Assembly (NCBI GenBank): GCA_012515195.1
Contig: JAAYYW010000128.1
Span: 1 to 55,685, forward strand
DNA from: Leptolinea sp.
GTDB lineage: Bacteria > Chloroflexota > Anaerolineae > Anaerolineales > Anaerolineaceae
Length of the DNA: 55,685 bases
Direction: 5' to 3'
Shown here: piece after piece, positions 29,794 to 39,104 of the stretch
How the letters are laid out: the number at the start of each line of letters is the position of its first letter
Position numbering within the stretch: position 1 is the stretch's first letter
Notes under the pieces: model-generated
The model's input: the letters and a program-made list of their open reading frames with translations, nothing else
Told to the model about the DNA's origin: nothing
Database searches by the model: none
Translations under genes and position numbers: made by a program

Positions 29794-30755
29794 AATGGTT
29801 GTTCCGCCTTTTCCGCCAGGGCAGACATGGTTATGGATTGAAGCCTGCCGGAGGTTTGTTCTTCGGAGACAGCTTCGAAGATATAACGCATCTTGTCCAT
29901 ATCTTTTTCGGTCTGAAATTCCCAGGGGTGTGCCCAGAGGTGAATGATTTTCTTCTGTTCAGCGGCTTTATGAATTCCGCGAACCGCTCGGCGTAATCTC
30001 AACCGATGCAAATTGACCGAATCAAGTATCCGTTCAACACCCCAGTTGAATCCTTTGAGGTGCATCGATTCTGTAATATCGATCATCCCGTCAGGAGTGC
30101 GGGGAAGCCCTTTCAGAGAATAGAGTGGAGGAGTAGTAATGCCAAGAATATGGTCCAGCGTTTTTAAATAGCTTCCAAAAAAACGGTTGCGGATCCAGAT
30201 GGACAAATTTGCTTCCGAACGGTAGCTGGTAAAACCGTGGCGGGAAAACAAGTCCAGATGCCCCATCTTATCGCGCGGGAAGATTACGGATTTGCCTTCA
30301 ATACCAACCCGTGAAGCCACACGCATCCATTCTGTGATCTCAAATTCGGCTTCCTGAGTTGACATTGTTTCAGGTGTAAAGACGCGATGCGTATAGCCGT
30401 GAAATCCGATCTCATGCCGACGCCGACGCTGGATCTCTTCCACTACATCTGCTCCGTACCAGAGCGGATGATTGGTGTCGTAGGCTTCGTCATAGCTTCT
30501 GTATTTGCCTTTCCATTCTTTTACCGGGCACACAGGGCACTTTTCACATTCACGGTAAAAGATGTGGCCGGTAATCGCCCAGGTGGCACGAATATCAAAT
30601 TCGTCCATTAAGTCGAGCAGGCTGCGGATCGACCAACGTTCCCGTGAGCCATCCGGGGAAAAGAGGGCAGCGCGCTCTTTATCCAGGTCAAAGAAACCGG
30701 TGGCAAGCTCTGTGTCCAATGAAAAAACAAAATAACCGGTACTATCAGCTGCCAT
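29790..30755 (-). CDS. Polysaccharide deacetylase-family protein
   Basis: FSLDTEL, ATWAITG, EIGFHGYTH, IFPR, HLWAHP. Confidence 0.8.
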   Translation of the reverse strand: MAADSTGYFVFSLDTELATGFFDLDKERAALFSPDGSRERWSIRSLLDLMDEFDIRATWAITGHIFYRECEKCPVCPVKEWKGKYRSYDEAYDTNHPLWYGADVVEEIQRRRRHEIGFHGYTHRVFTPETMSTQEAEFEITEWMRVASRVGIEGKSVIFPRDKMGHLDLFSRHGFTSYRSEANLSIWIRNRFFGSYLKTLDHILGITTPPLYSLKGLPRTPDGMIDITESMHLKGFNWGVERILDSVNLHRLRLRRAVRGIHKAAEQKKIIHLWAHPWEFQTEKDMDKMRYIFEAVSEEQTSGRLQSITMSALAEKAEQPL

Positions 30756-31914
30756 TTTTCCTCATTCCGAGATCCAAAGCATTTGCCAGATTTAAGGCTG
30801 ACTCAGTCCATGTCCAGTGGGTGGATTCGAGTCGGGCAAGTTTACCCATCTCTTGAAGGTGCATGCGGTTTTCCCAGGCATTCTTTAATGAATAAACCAG
30901 AGAATCAAGGGTGGATTCTTCTGCCCAGACCACATATTTACCATCACCAATCACGTTGGTATGACAGGTGATGCGGGTGGCAAGAATCGCCAGTCCAGCT
31001 GCGGCATATTCAAATAATTTTATCGGGCTGCTGACCCTGAACTTGAGTTCATCAGGAAAGGGAAGGATGCCGATGTGAGCCGGTGTGAGCCAATCCTGAA
31101 TGGTGTCGTGGGGAACCGGTGGTTGGACGCGGATGCACCCGCCTGAATCCTTTTCCAACCGGAGGAGGTCATTCATCTCGGTGCCTCCACCCACGAATGT
31201 AATATGAAAGTTCATACCCTGTCGGTTGGCTTCAATCACCGCCCGGGCAAACAGGGCAAGGTTTCGTCCATCGCTCATTGAACCGATGTAAATCAGCTTG
31301 ACCTGCCGGCCGACATCTGACCAATCACGGTTTCCGGCTGACCGGTCAAACATTTCCGGTTGTACGCCGGAGCTCCAGGTACCCCAGAACCTGTCTGGCG
31401 GTATATTCAGCGCCTCTGCCATGGGTCTGGTGATCGTGATGCGGCCATCAACGGCACCGAGGTTGGCCAGTTTGTTTTCCAGATAGAAATAAAAACTGCG
31501 TACGCGGTCCTTTACCCCTGCAATATTTTCTGGTTGCATGGGCAACGAACGGATATCCTGAACATAGACAGGACTTTTCCGGCCGGTAATCATACGGGCT
31601 ATTTTGGAAAAGAAAAAGGATGGAACAGAAAACTCGTGGAACATCACAACATCCGGCCGTTGATCAAGTTTGTTAATGAAGTGCTTCACCCGGTTGTGGA
31701 ATATCAACTGACGGATCAGGTAGATGTCCGGCATGCGAATTCCGGTATATTCAACTCCTAATTTTTCATGGGTGCCCGGTTCATCCGGAGCGATCAGTGT
31801 TACCATCCACCCAAGTTTGCGAAGCTCCTTAGTGGTGAAGAGCCAGGTGGAAATATCCAACCCATCGAATGGACTTGTATTGACCCACACCAGGTGTCTC
31901 AGGTTCTTTTCCAT
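30745..31914 (-). CDS. Glycosyltransferase family 4
   Basis: LIYIGS and SSPIKLFEYAAAGLAILAT. Confidence 0.85.
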   Translation of the reverse strand: MEKNLRHLVWVNTSPFDGLDISTWLFTTKELRKLGWMVTLIAPDEPGTHEKLGVEYTGIRMPDIYLIRQLIFHNRVKHFINKLDQRPDVVMFHEFSVPSFFFSKIARMITGRKSPVYVQDIRSLPMQPENIAGVKDRVRSFYFYLENKLANLGAVDGRITITRPMAEALNIPPDRFWGTWSSGVQPEMFDRSAGNRDWSDVGRQVKLIYIGSMSDGRNLALFARAVIEANRQGMNFHITFVGGGTEMNDLLRLEKDSGGCIRVQPPVPHDTIQDWLTPAHIGILPFPDELKFRVSSPIKLFEYAAAGLAILATRITCHTNVIGDGKYVVWAEESTLDSLVYSLKNAWENRMHLQEMGKLARLESTHWTWTESALNLANALDLGMRKNGS

Positions 31915-31965
31915 GGGTTCTATTCAATACCATCCGGTTTGAGCGTTGTTGTTATCATGTTGTTC

Positions 31966-32829
31966 TTATTCAGAGAACCGCCTTTGGATCGGATAAAGAA
32001 AGATGGTCTTGAGGGTAAGCCATGGTGATTGACCGAAGGCATAAAAAATAAACTGTATGACCGCCGAAAAATCACGGATGGAAAATGCTTTCCGGGCCAG
32101 TTGAAGGAATGCCCTGACTCTTGTGGTCGCATCCATCCAGGGCATGCGGGGAAAGTATTCCCGAATCACCTGTCCGTGGATCCGATAGATCTGCCGGGAT
32201 TTCGTATTGGTCAGAGAATCAGGATGGTCCCGGTACTGATATAAATTCCTAGCCATCGGATGGAACTTAAAACCGTTTACCATTGCCCTGAGCTCAAATT
32301 CCAGGTCTTCGGCTAGATACGTGTTTTCATCATAATAACCGACAGCTTCGTGAATAGCACGCCGGTACATAAAACAGCCGCCAATAACATCTGTCAATCC
32401 GAGTTTCTTCCAATCACCGGCTTCAACGACTTCTGTGGTATTTCCAGCTTCATCTATGATGTCCGAATCCGCGTAGATAAACGCGATGTCCGGATTATTG
32501 TCGAGGTGATCCGCCATCTCCTGGAAAGCGGTTGGTTTATACAGGTTGTCGTCAGATGTCCAGGTTACATATTCCCCCGCTGCCATTCGAAAACCCGTAT
32601 TCAACGACCCCGGTAAACGCTTATTTTTTTTATTCCGCACAGATTTGATGCGTGTATCCTGGTCGCGGAATTCCGCAATGATTTCGGGAGTTGAATCCGT
32701 TGAACAGTCATCGATCAGCAATAATTCCCAGTTTCTGTGGGTCTGGTTCAGAATACTCTGGATGGATTGGCGAAGGTATTGCTCCCCATTATATACAGGT
32801 AGTACCACAGATATACTGCTATTTGACAT
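31966..32829 (-). CDS. Glycosyltransferase family 2 (soluble, single domain)
   Basis: SVVLPVYN, IDDCSTD, WTSDDN, AEDLE; 287 aa with no TMs and no QxxRW motif. Confidence 0.9.
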   Translation of the reverse strand: MSNSSISVVLPVYNGEQYLRQSIQSILNQTHRNWELLLIDDCSTDSTPEIIAEFRDQDTRIKSVRNKKNKRLPGSLNTGFRMAAGEYVTWTSDDNLYKPTAFQEMADHLDNNPDIAFIYADSDIIDEAGNTTEVVEAGDWKKLGLTDVIGGCFMYRRAIHEAVGYYDENTYLAEDLEFELRAMVNGFKFHPMARNLYQYRDHPDSLTNTKSRQIYRIHGQVIREYFPRMPWMDATTRVRAFLQLARKAFSIRDFSAVIQFIFYAFGQSPWLTLKTIFLYPIQRRFSE

Positions 32830-32883
32830 TTAATAATTATATCAGCAGGGGGAAAAATGACCTGACGGGCTAATATACCGGGG

Positions 32884-34362
32884 TTAGACAGGACGCTCTT
32901 TACGCCTACGTTCAAAAAGAACCATGATAGTGCGGATCAATATATGGTAATCCATCCAGATCGACCAGTTGCGTATGTAGTACTCGTCCAACCGCGCTCT
33001 TGTTTTGTACGATGAGTCACGGTGACTGGCAACTTGCCACAGTCCGGTGATCCCTGGTAATACCTGGGAGAACATTGGGTAAAAATCACCGTAATGAATG
33101 CTCTCATCTTCTGTGATGGCCTGTGGACCGATGAAGCTCATTTCACCCTTGAGAATATTTACCAACTGGGGTAAGTTGTCCAATCCGGAATGATAAAGAA
33201 AGCGGCCGATGGACGTGCGTAGATGGTCTTCTTTATGGATTCGTTTGATCCCTGTGTAGGGTTGGGTTTCCTGGTTGGGTTCCCGATTAGCCCTTCTTTC
33301 TTTGTCTGCCTCTTCTCGCAGGGTTCGGAACTTCCATTTCTTGAAATATCGGTTGTGTCGTCCCATGCGCTGCCGGTACGTAATCACCTTTCCGGGGGAG
33401 CCAATCCGAATGAAAAGAGCCAAAATCAGATAGAGAGGGATGGTTATCGGGAGTGTGAGAATAAGGAAGGCCAGGTCGCATAACCGTTTTCCCGCCTGGT
33501 TCCAGGTATTTAGCAGATTGTGACCGATTTCCAACCCAAGGATCTCTCCAATCTCATAAGGCCGCGACCACAGGCTGTTGATGCTGCGGTCTTTGGAAAT
33601 AACCAGAAGGTGACGAAATCTCAGGTATTGTTCGTCTGTGACGAGTTGAAGGAACTCTTGGTTGATCTCATCTGTCACGAGGATCGCCGTATAAATACCT
33701 TTGAACAGGTCCACCATTTCCGGGTTCTGCATAAGATCGATCGCGCGGATGATCGGCACACGGGCTGGTTCGCTCCGGTCCGCCAGTCTCCTGTCTACCA
33801 CTACCACGGGCCATAATCCCGATTGCGGATGGTCGGAGAGATACTCAGCAACTTCTGATCCTGCCGGACCAAACCCAATGATGACGACTGGTTCAGAGCA
33901 CAGGGGTTTCCCCGCACAGGATCCCCGGATGATCTCGCGGCCGAGTGGAATAAGCATCAATCCGATCAGCCAGGCTACCAGAAGGAAAAATCGCGAATCA
34001 TGGCAGGAACCGGGCAGATAAAATGAGATGGCTACCAGCACCATAAAAAATGTAGCCGATGCGTAGGTCAGGCGGTGCACTTCCTGTATATGTGATAATC
34101 CACCGGAGTACAGCCCGGTAAGAAAAAAGATGCCAAATGCGAGAGGAATAAAGGCAAACAATTCCAGGTACATTACAGGGATCGTATATCTATGTATGGA
34201 GAACTGGAATAAAAGGGCGGCTCCCAACGAAACAGCTATGGTGAAAAAATCGGACAGGCAAAATAAGACATATTTAAAAAACCGGGAATGGCGATTCATG
34301 AAATCCGGTTTAATGTCTGGAAATGTTGAACGGTTGACCGTTTTTGTTGGATTATCTGGCAT
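32884..34362 (-). CDS. Large WbaP/WcaJ-type polyprenyl-phosphate sugar transferase homolog with degenerate catalytic motifs
   Basis: Four N-terminal TMs, nucleotide-binding-like domain and Bac_transf domain. LDELPQ is changed to LDNLPQ and GPRP to GPQA. Confidence 0.82.
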   Translation of the reverse strand: MPDNPTKTVNRSTFPDIKPDFMNRHSRFFKYVLFCLSDFFTIAVSLGAALLFQFSIHRYTIPVMYLELFAFIPLAFGIFFLTGLYSGGLSHIQEVHRLTYASATFFMVLVAISFYLPGSCHDSRFFLLVAWLIGLMLIPLGREIIRGSCAGKPLCSEPVVIIGFGPAGSEVAEYLSDHPQSGLWPVVVVDRRLADRSEPARVPIIRAIDLMQNPEMVDLFKGIYTAILVTDEINQEFLQLVTDEQYLRFRHLLVISKDRSINSLWSRPYEIGEILGLEIGHNLLNTWNQAGKRLCDLAFLILTLPITIPLYLILALFIRIGSPGKVITYRQRMGRHNRYFKKWKFRTLREEADKERRANREPNQETQPYTGIKRIHKEDHLRTSIGRFLYHSGLDNLPQLVNILKGEMSFIGPQAITEDESIHYGDFYPMFSQVLPGITGLWQVASHRDSSYKTRARLDEYYIRNWSIWMDYHILIRTIMVLFERRRKERPV

Positions 34363-34677
34363 GGTTCATTCACCTCGTGACTCAATCATCCCTGAACTTG
34401 GAACGGGTTGCTGGAATCATTCCGGAAGGTATCGTGGGACCCGGGTGAACGATGACTGAATAATGAAAAACGTACTATGAAACAGGCGGGCCTGGCGGTT
34501 GCCGGCGTTAGGGATTCGGACAATCAAAATAATGGCATTGTTGATATATTTATTATATACATGTGAATGGAAAGTGGAACGATGTAACCAGTGAGCGGCG
34601 CACACATGAGAAATGCAACAATGATAGATGTTTTACTATCATAAGTTCATACCCGTTCTTTGGAAGGAGCCGGATTT

Positions 34678-35376
34678 ATGTTTGACATGATCGCCTTTGA
34701 TGCTGACGATACCCTGTGGGAGAATGAAGTCTACTACCAGCAGGGACGGGAAACATTTCACCGGATCCTTGAACCTTATGGTGTTCCCGCAGACCTGGAC
34801 GAACGGTTGGATAAAATTGAGAACCACAATATCCCATATTTTGGTTATGGCGTGAACAGTTTTGTTTTTTCGTTGATCGAAACAGCCATAGCGGTGACAG
34901 GTGAAAAGATCAATGCCGGAGATATTCAAAAAATCGTGGATATCGCCCATGGGATGCTTGATCATAAAGTTGACCTGTTTGATCATGTGGAACCCACACT
35001 TAAACAACTATCGGGAGCATATCCGTTGATGCTGATCACCAAGGGAGACCTGTTGCATCAACAAAACAAATTGACCCGGTCAGGGCTTGAATCATACTTT
35101 TCCCATGTTGAGGTTGTGGCTGATAAGACCCGGCAGACCTACGATGATATTCTGTCCAGGCAACAGGTTAATCCTGATAAATTTCTGATGATTGGCAATT
35201 CCATGCGGTCAGACATCATCCCTGTGCTGGAATTGGGCGGTCATGCCATTTATATTCCCAGCAAACTGATGTGGTTCCATGAACATCGGGAACTACCGGG
35301 GGAATTGGCACAAAACTTCACTGAACTTGAGCATCTCGAGCAGGTTGTGGAGTGGCTGGCCGCGAACGGGAAATGA
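34678..35376 (+). CDS. HAD-superfamily hydrolase
   Basis: FDADDTLW, ITKGD, MIGNSMRSDI; GGAAGGAG RBS before ATG 34678. Confidence 0.88.
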   Translation: MFDMIAFDADDTLWENEVYYQQGRETFHRILEPYGVPADLDERLDKIENHNIPYFGYGVNSFVFSLIETAIAVTGEKINAGDIQKIVDIAHGMLDHKVDLFDHVEPTLKQLSGAYPLMLITKGDLLHQQNKLTRSGLESYFSHVEVVADKTRQTYDDILSRQQVNPDKFLMIGNSMRSDIIPVLELGGHAIYIPSKLMWFHEHRELPGELAQNFTELEHLEQVVEWLAANGK

Positions 35377-35500
35377 TGCCCGGGAATCACGCTTTGGGTG
35401 AAAAACAAAATTTAAGAGAATCGCCGGATTGAAAACGGGTATTGACCGGCCATAAGTGGTAAACTGATTTTTGAATTCTGGATTAATTCCCGGGAATATT

Positions 35501-35565
35501 GATTAGTGCATCAGGTTTAAATTGACAAGCGAAAGATGTCTGAGCCTGATGTGGAGCTACTAATC
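35501..35565 (+). other. Long imperfect hairpin capped by a c(GAAA)g loop (candidate structured RNA)
   Basis: GATTAGT/ACTAATC, GCATCAGGTTTA/TGAGCCTGATGT (three G-U pairs on the + strand) and GACA/TGTC. Confidence 0.35.
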
Positions 35566-35793
35566 GGGTAGAACGATAGAAATAGAGATTTCTATATAAA
35601 AAGTCTGGCACTGTCCGCCAGTGATTTAAAGGTGCATATTTTTTTGATCATCCACGCCACACAAGATGGCTTATTTATTATGGGTAGATGTATGTCTAAA
35701 TGGTCCTCATTTCAAATGTACAAAATATTGGGTATCCGGCTGATGTTTGCGAGCGTACAGCCCGTGGTATAGCAGATGCTCATCCCCGGAGGA

Positions 35794-35911
35794 TTTGAGG
35801 AACTCATTGGTCAGGAGAATGGCTTATGGTCAGCTGATCAGGCCATTGTTGAAGCCTAAAACGCGGGTGCGGGTTATGTGGAGCACCGGCTTGATCCTCA
35901 AAAAGGAGGTG
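35794..35911 (+). other. Candidate multi-stem RNA leader next to a perfect Shine-Dalgarno
   Basis: TTTGAGGA/TCCTCAAA encloses AATGGC/GCCATT and GGTGC/GCACC stems; AAGGAGGTG follows at 35903-35911. Confidence 0.3.
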
Positions 35912-36100
35912 TTTGTTTCAAATATCAACAACTATGAAAATGCTTCTCAAAAAGACACAATCAAATATGGAAGTAAATCCGTAGAGTGAATTGCGTATCA
36001 GTTAGACAAATTACCGCCTTCATCGAGCTTATCTACACCGGATCATCACAAACGCAGCCTTTGAGTGATCAAGGACTGGCATTTGAAGGGAGATTTCGTT

Positions 36101-38350
36101 ATGGTAGTATGCTCCATAAAAAGGGCTTTCCGATTAATTGTTATTCTGGTTTTCATCATGCTGGTTTTTCCGGGTAATTTTTCTCCGGTTCTGGCAGATG
36201 CGACATATTCCATCAGTGGGTCCATCACACCGGCCTTCTCGGTTTCCAGTGTAAAATTTGCTGACGGGGCGGGGGAATGGCCCGGCGTCATCGCAGAAGA
36301 CGGCCTGACCTACAAAATTGATGGATTGACTGAGGGCGCAGAAGGTTCTGTGACCGCCGAACCCGCGGCTGGTTATACCCTTGAACCGGAAAATGGCTAT
36401 TCCGATGTTATCGTCGGGATGCGAATTGCAGGATTGGATTTCCGGGGTATTCCCGTTATGTATACTATCAGTGGGAATGCCGGAGTTGCATTGGCCGTTA
36501 TTCATATTGCAGGCAGTGAGCCTGTAACGGCAGACGAAAATGGGCGATACACGTTCACTGTCCCATACAATTGGTCGGGGCTGGTGGTGCCCACTCTGAC
36601 GGGTTACTCCTTTAATCCTGAAAACAAGGAATTCACGCCGATTCAATCTGACCAGGAGTTCAATTTTTTGGCTGAACCGGCTGTCTTAACCATCTCGGGT
36701 AACGCGGGAATTTCGGGAGCAGTATTAGAGATAACCGGATTGGACCCGATCACCTGTGGAGAAGACGGTTCATACCATTTTACAGTTCCATCTGGTTGGT
36801 CTGGCACGGTGTCTGTCTCATTGGAGGGATTTACCTTCAATCCTGTTGAACAAGTATTTGTTGATGTGCGGGAGGACCGAACCCTGAGTTTTTCTCCAGA
36901 ACCATTAGCGACGGTGACACCGTTGCCCACGGAAACATCGATCCCCACCAACACTCAGGAAGCAACCCCAACAACGGGAATTACACCTTCCTTCACGCCA
37001 ATTCCGTCGGCAACAACAACTCCGCAGAAAAAAGTCAATTCCATCGAAATCAACGCGGTGGGGCCCGGAACGTATGATGACATCTCATCTGACATTCAAT
37101 ACTCTGCCAAATGGTCCCTCATCCGTACGAGCGGCCCGATAAATCGGACAGATCATTACACTCGTGTTTCCGGCGCGGAAGCCAGCCTTGTATTTAACGG
37201 AACCCGGGTGGATTATTACTATGTAAAATACAGGACCCGCGGTCATGTGCGTGTTAGCATTGACGGCAACCACATGGCCGACCTGGATTTGTATTCCAAA
37301 AAGCTTCAGTGGCGCCAGAAATGGACGAGCCCGGCATTGGATATGGGTATTCACACGATCACCATCACAAGATTGGACGGCATTGTGGACCTTGACGCGT
37401 TCATCATTTATGGCGATGAAACACCCCAACCAACCCCCGTGCCAACCCGGACAGTTCAGAATACTTCGACACCTGTGGTGCCAACAAATCAACCGCCAAC
37501 GTCGACATCAACAACCATTTCAGTGAGCACGCAGACCGCTTTATCTCCAAACACCCCGACCGCGATGCCAACGTCAACCGGAACCCCTGTTCCGACAACT
37601 ACACCTGTTGCCACAAGCACATCTACCACCACAAACACACCCACGACCACGCCAACAGTGGCGGCCCCCACACCCACCTCCATACCATCCGGCGGAGGGA
37701 CTGTCTTCCTGTCAGATTTTGAATCGGGTGACTTCTCGACCTTCGATGGCTCGGCCGGGGAAATCTTTGGCAAGGGCACATATTATGATCTCAGCGTGGT
37801 CAGCTCTCCAGCCATCGGCAGTTATTCAGCTGCGTTGACCATTGGTTCCGGGCGCAATACCGCCGCGTATCTGTTCACATACGCGGTGCCGACTACCGAC
37901 CTGGGTGTTTACTCGGTGGATATGTACGTTCCAGGGAATATAGTACCGGATGACTGGTGGAATGTAATGCAATGGAAGAGCGTGGATAACACGTACAATA
38001 AACCGGTCATACACATGAACATCCTGGGGGAGAGTGGCAACCTGATGCTGTATATGTTCTACACGGCGGGTGGAGTTTCATCCAACCCGGATGTGCTTGT
38101 CTCTCCGATCAATCCCATCCCGTTCCCCACAGATCGCTGGGTGAATATCACCGGGTATTACATGGCGAAGAGCGACAGCTCGGGCTTTGTGGAGATCTAC
38201 CAGGACGGCGTGAAGGTCTATGATATGCGCGGTTTCATGTCCAAACCGGGGGATAAGGATGTGCTGTGGAGTGTGAACAGTTACGCGGACCGCATCAGCC
38301 CCAATCCGGCAACCATTTATGTGGATAACATGAAAATTGCTGGAGAGTGA
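36101..38350 (+). CDS. Secreted modular protein: Ig-like repeats, PT linker, CBM-like domain, PT linker, polysaccharide-lyase-like domain
   Basis: Signal peptide ending PVLA; three (Y/L)(S/T)ISG repeats with G(R/S)YxFTVP..WSG in two of them; YDD..IQYS..W...FNGT..V.IDG..GIHTITI beta-sandwich; C-terminal DFESGD...QWKS...IYVDN domain. Confidence 0.75.
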   Translation: MVVCSIKRAFRLIVILVFIMLVFPGNFSPVLADATYSISGSITPAFSVSSVKFADGAGEWPGVIAEDGLTYKIDGLTEGAEGSVTAEPAAGYTLEPENGYSDVIVGMRIAGLDFRGIPVMYTISGNAGVALAVIHIAGSEPVTADENGRYTFTVPYNWSGLVVPTLTGYSFNPENKEFTPIQSDQEFNFLAEPAVLTISGNAGISGAVLEITGLDPITCGEDGSYHFTVPSGWSGTVSVSLEGFTFNPVEQVFVDVREDRTLSFSPEPLATVTPLPTETSIPTNTQEATPTTGITPSFTPIPSATTTPQKKVNSIEINAVGPGTYDDISSDIQYSAKWSLIRTSGPINRTDHYTRVSGAEASLVFNGTRVDYYYVKYRTRGHVRVSIDGNHMADLDLYSKKLQWRQKWTSPALDMGIHTITITRLDGIVDLDAFIIYGDETPQPTPVPTRTVQNTSTPVVPTNQPPTSTSTTISVSTQTALSPNTPTAMPTSTGTPVPTTTPVATSTSTTTNTPTTTPTVAAPTPTSIPSGGGTVFLSDFESGDFSTFDGSAGEIFGKGTYYDLSVVSSPAIGSYSAALTIGSGRNTAAYLFTYAVPTTDLGVYSVDMYVPGNIVPDDWWNVMQWKSVDNTYNKPVIHMNILGESGNLMLYMFYTAGGVSSNPDVLVSPINPIPFPTDRWVNITGYYMAKSDSSGFVEIYQDGVKVYDMRGFMSKPGDKDVLWSVNSYADRISPNPATIYVDNMKIAGE
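37420..37695 (+). repeat. Low-complexity Pro/Thr/Ser linker coding region
   Basis: TPQPTPVPT...TTTNTPTTTPT; a second linker lies at about 36905-37025. Confidence 0.7.
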
Positions 38351-38375
38351 GAACAGTACACTGGTGTTACGGTCA

Positions 38376-38407
38376 AAAGCTGCCCGAAATTTCAGGCAGC
38401 TTTATTA
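38376..38407 (+). terminator. Intrinsic terminator
   Basis: AAAGCTGCC/GGCAGCTTT stem followed by ATT. Confidence 0.7.
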
Positions 38408-38448
38408 ATTCATGGCTTCTCCTAATTCCGGTAAAATAATAAATTATT

Positions 38449-39027
38449 ATGAACAGCGCGTATCTTTTCCTCAAGCGGTATCTGGAAGACTTGCCGTTGA
38501 ATGAAAATGCCGTCAACGATGTTTTATCCTGCTTCAAGATCAAAACGTATCGGCGTAACCACTATTATGCTCTGACCGGTGATGTTCAGGACCGGCTGGG
38601 TTTCGTTGTCGAGGGATTATTTGTGATGATGGTGGAAAAACCCGGTGAGACGGCATTTGTTAAGAACTTCCTGCAGCCGGGGGATTTCCTTCTGGCTGCG
38701 TTTGACCCGGCCATGCAAAATGTGGTCAATATCCGGGCGTTGCGCGAATCGTTGGTGCTTGAAACACGCCACTCGGATATTCGTCTGCTCTATGACCGCT
38801 ACCCGGATTTTCGAAAGCTTTCAGAAAGAGGAATGCAAAAGCGGTATCAGGATATCTGCGACAGGTTGGAGCAGATGGCATTGCAAGATGCCGGTGGACG
38901 ATATGAGATATTCAAGCGAACCTTTGGCGATCTGGAGGATGAGATTCCTCAACATATGGTGGCTGCTTATGTGGGGGTGACTCCCACCCAATTAAGCCGG
39001 ATCCGTCGAAAAACACAGATTGCCTGA
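38449..39027 (+). CDS. Crp/Fnr-family regulator
   Basis: cNMP-binding-like N-terminal domain and C-terminal IPQHMVAAYVGVTPTQLSRIR HTH. Confidence 0.85.
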   Translation: MNSAYLFLKRYLEDLPLNENAVNDVLSCFKIKTYRRNHYYALTGDVQDRLGFVVEGLFVMMVEKPGETAFVKNFLQPGDFLLAAFDPAMQNVVNIRALRESLVLETRHSDIRLLYDRYPDFRKLSERGMQKRYQDICDRLEQMALQDAGGRYEIFKRTFGDLEDEIPQHMVAAYVGVTPTQLSRIRRKTQIA

Positions 39028-39104
39028 TTTTTATCAACATTTGTAAATGACAGAATCACAACCCTACCGTATTGTTGGGGAAATTCAATTTCGGAGGGAT
39101 TGCT

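Noticed and set aside
31966-32829. GT2 as the missing BcsA synthase
   Set aside because: No TM helices, QxxRW motif or PilZ domain; too short.
34490-34506. GGCGGTTG as an ops/JUMPstart element
   Set aside because: Mismatch to GGCGGTAG and on the wrong strand for the glycan operon.
36905-37695. ACA/CCG-rich repeats as a CRISPR array or VNTR
   Set aside because: In-frame degenerate Pro/Thr linker coding, with no fixed repeat-spacer structure.
13642-38350. Inverted paralogous lyase-like domains as ends of an invertible or mobile element
   Set aside because: DNA similarity is diverged, consistent with old paralogy; no recombinase or transposase is present.
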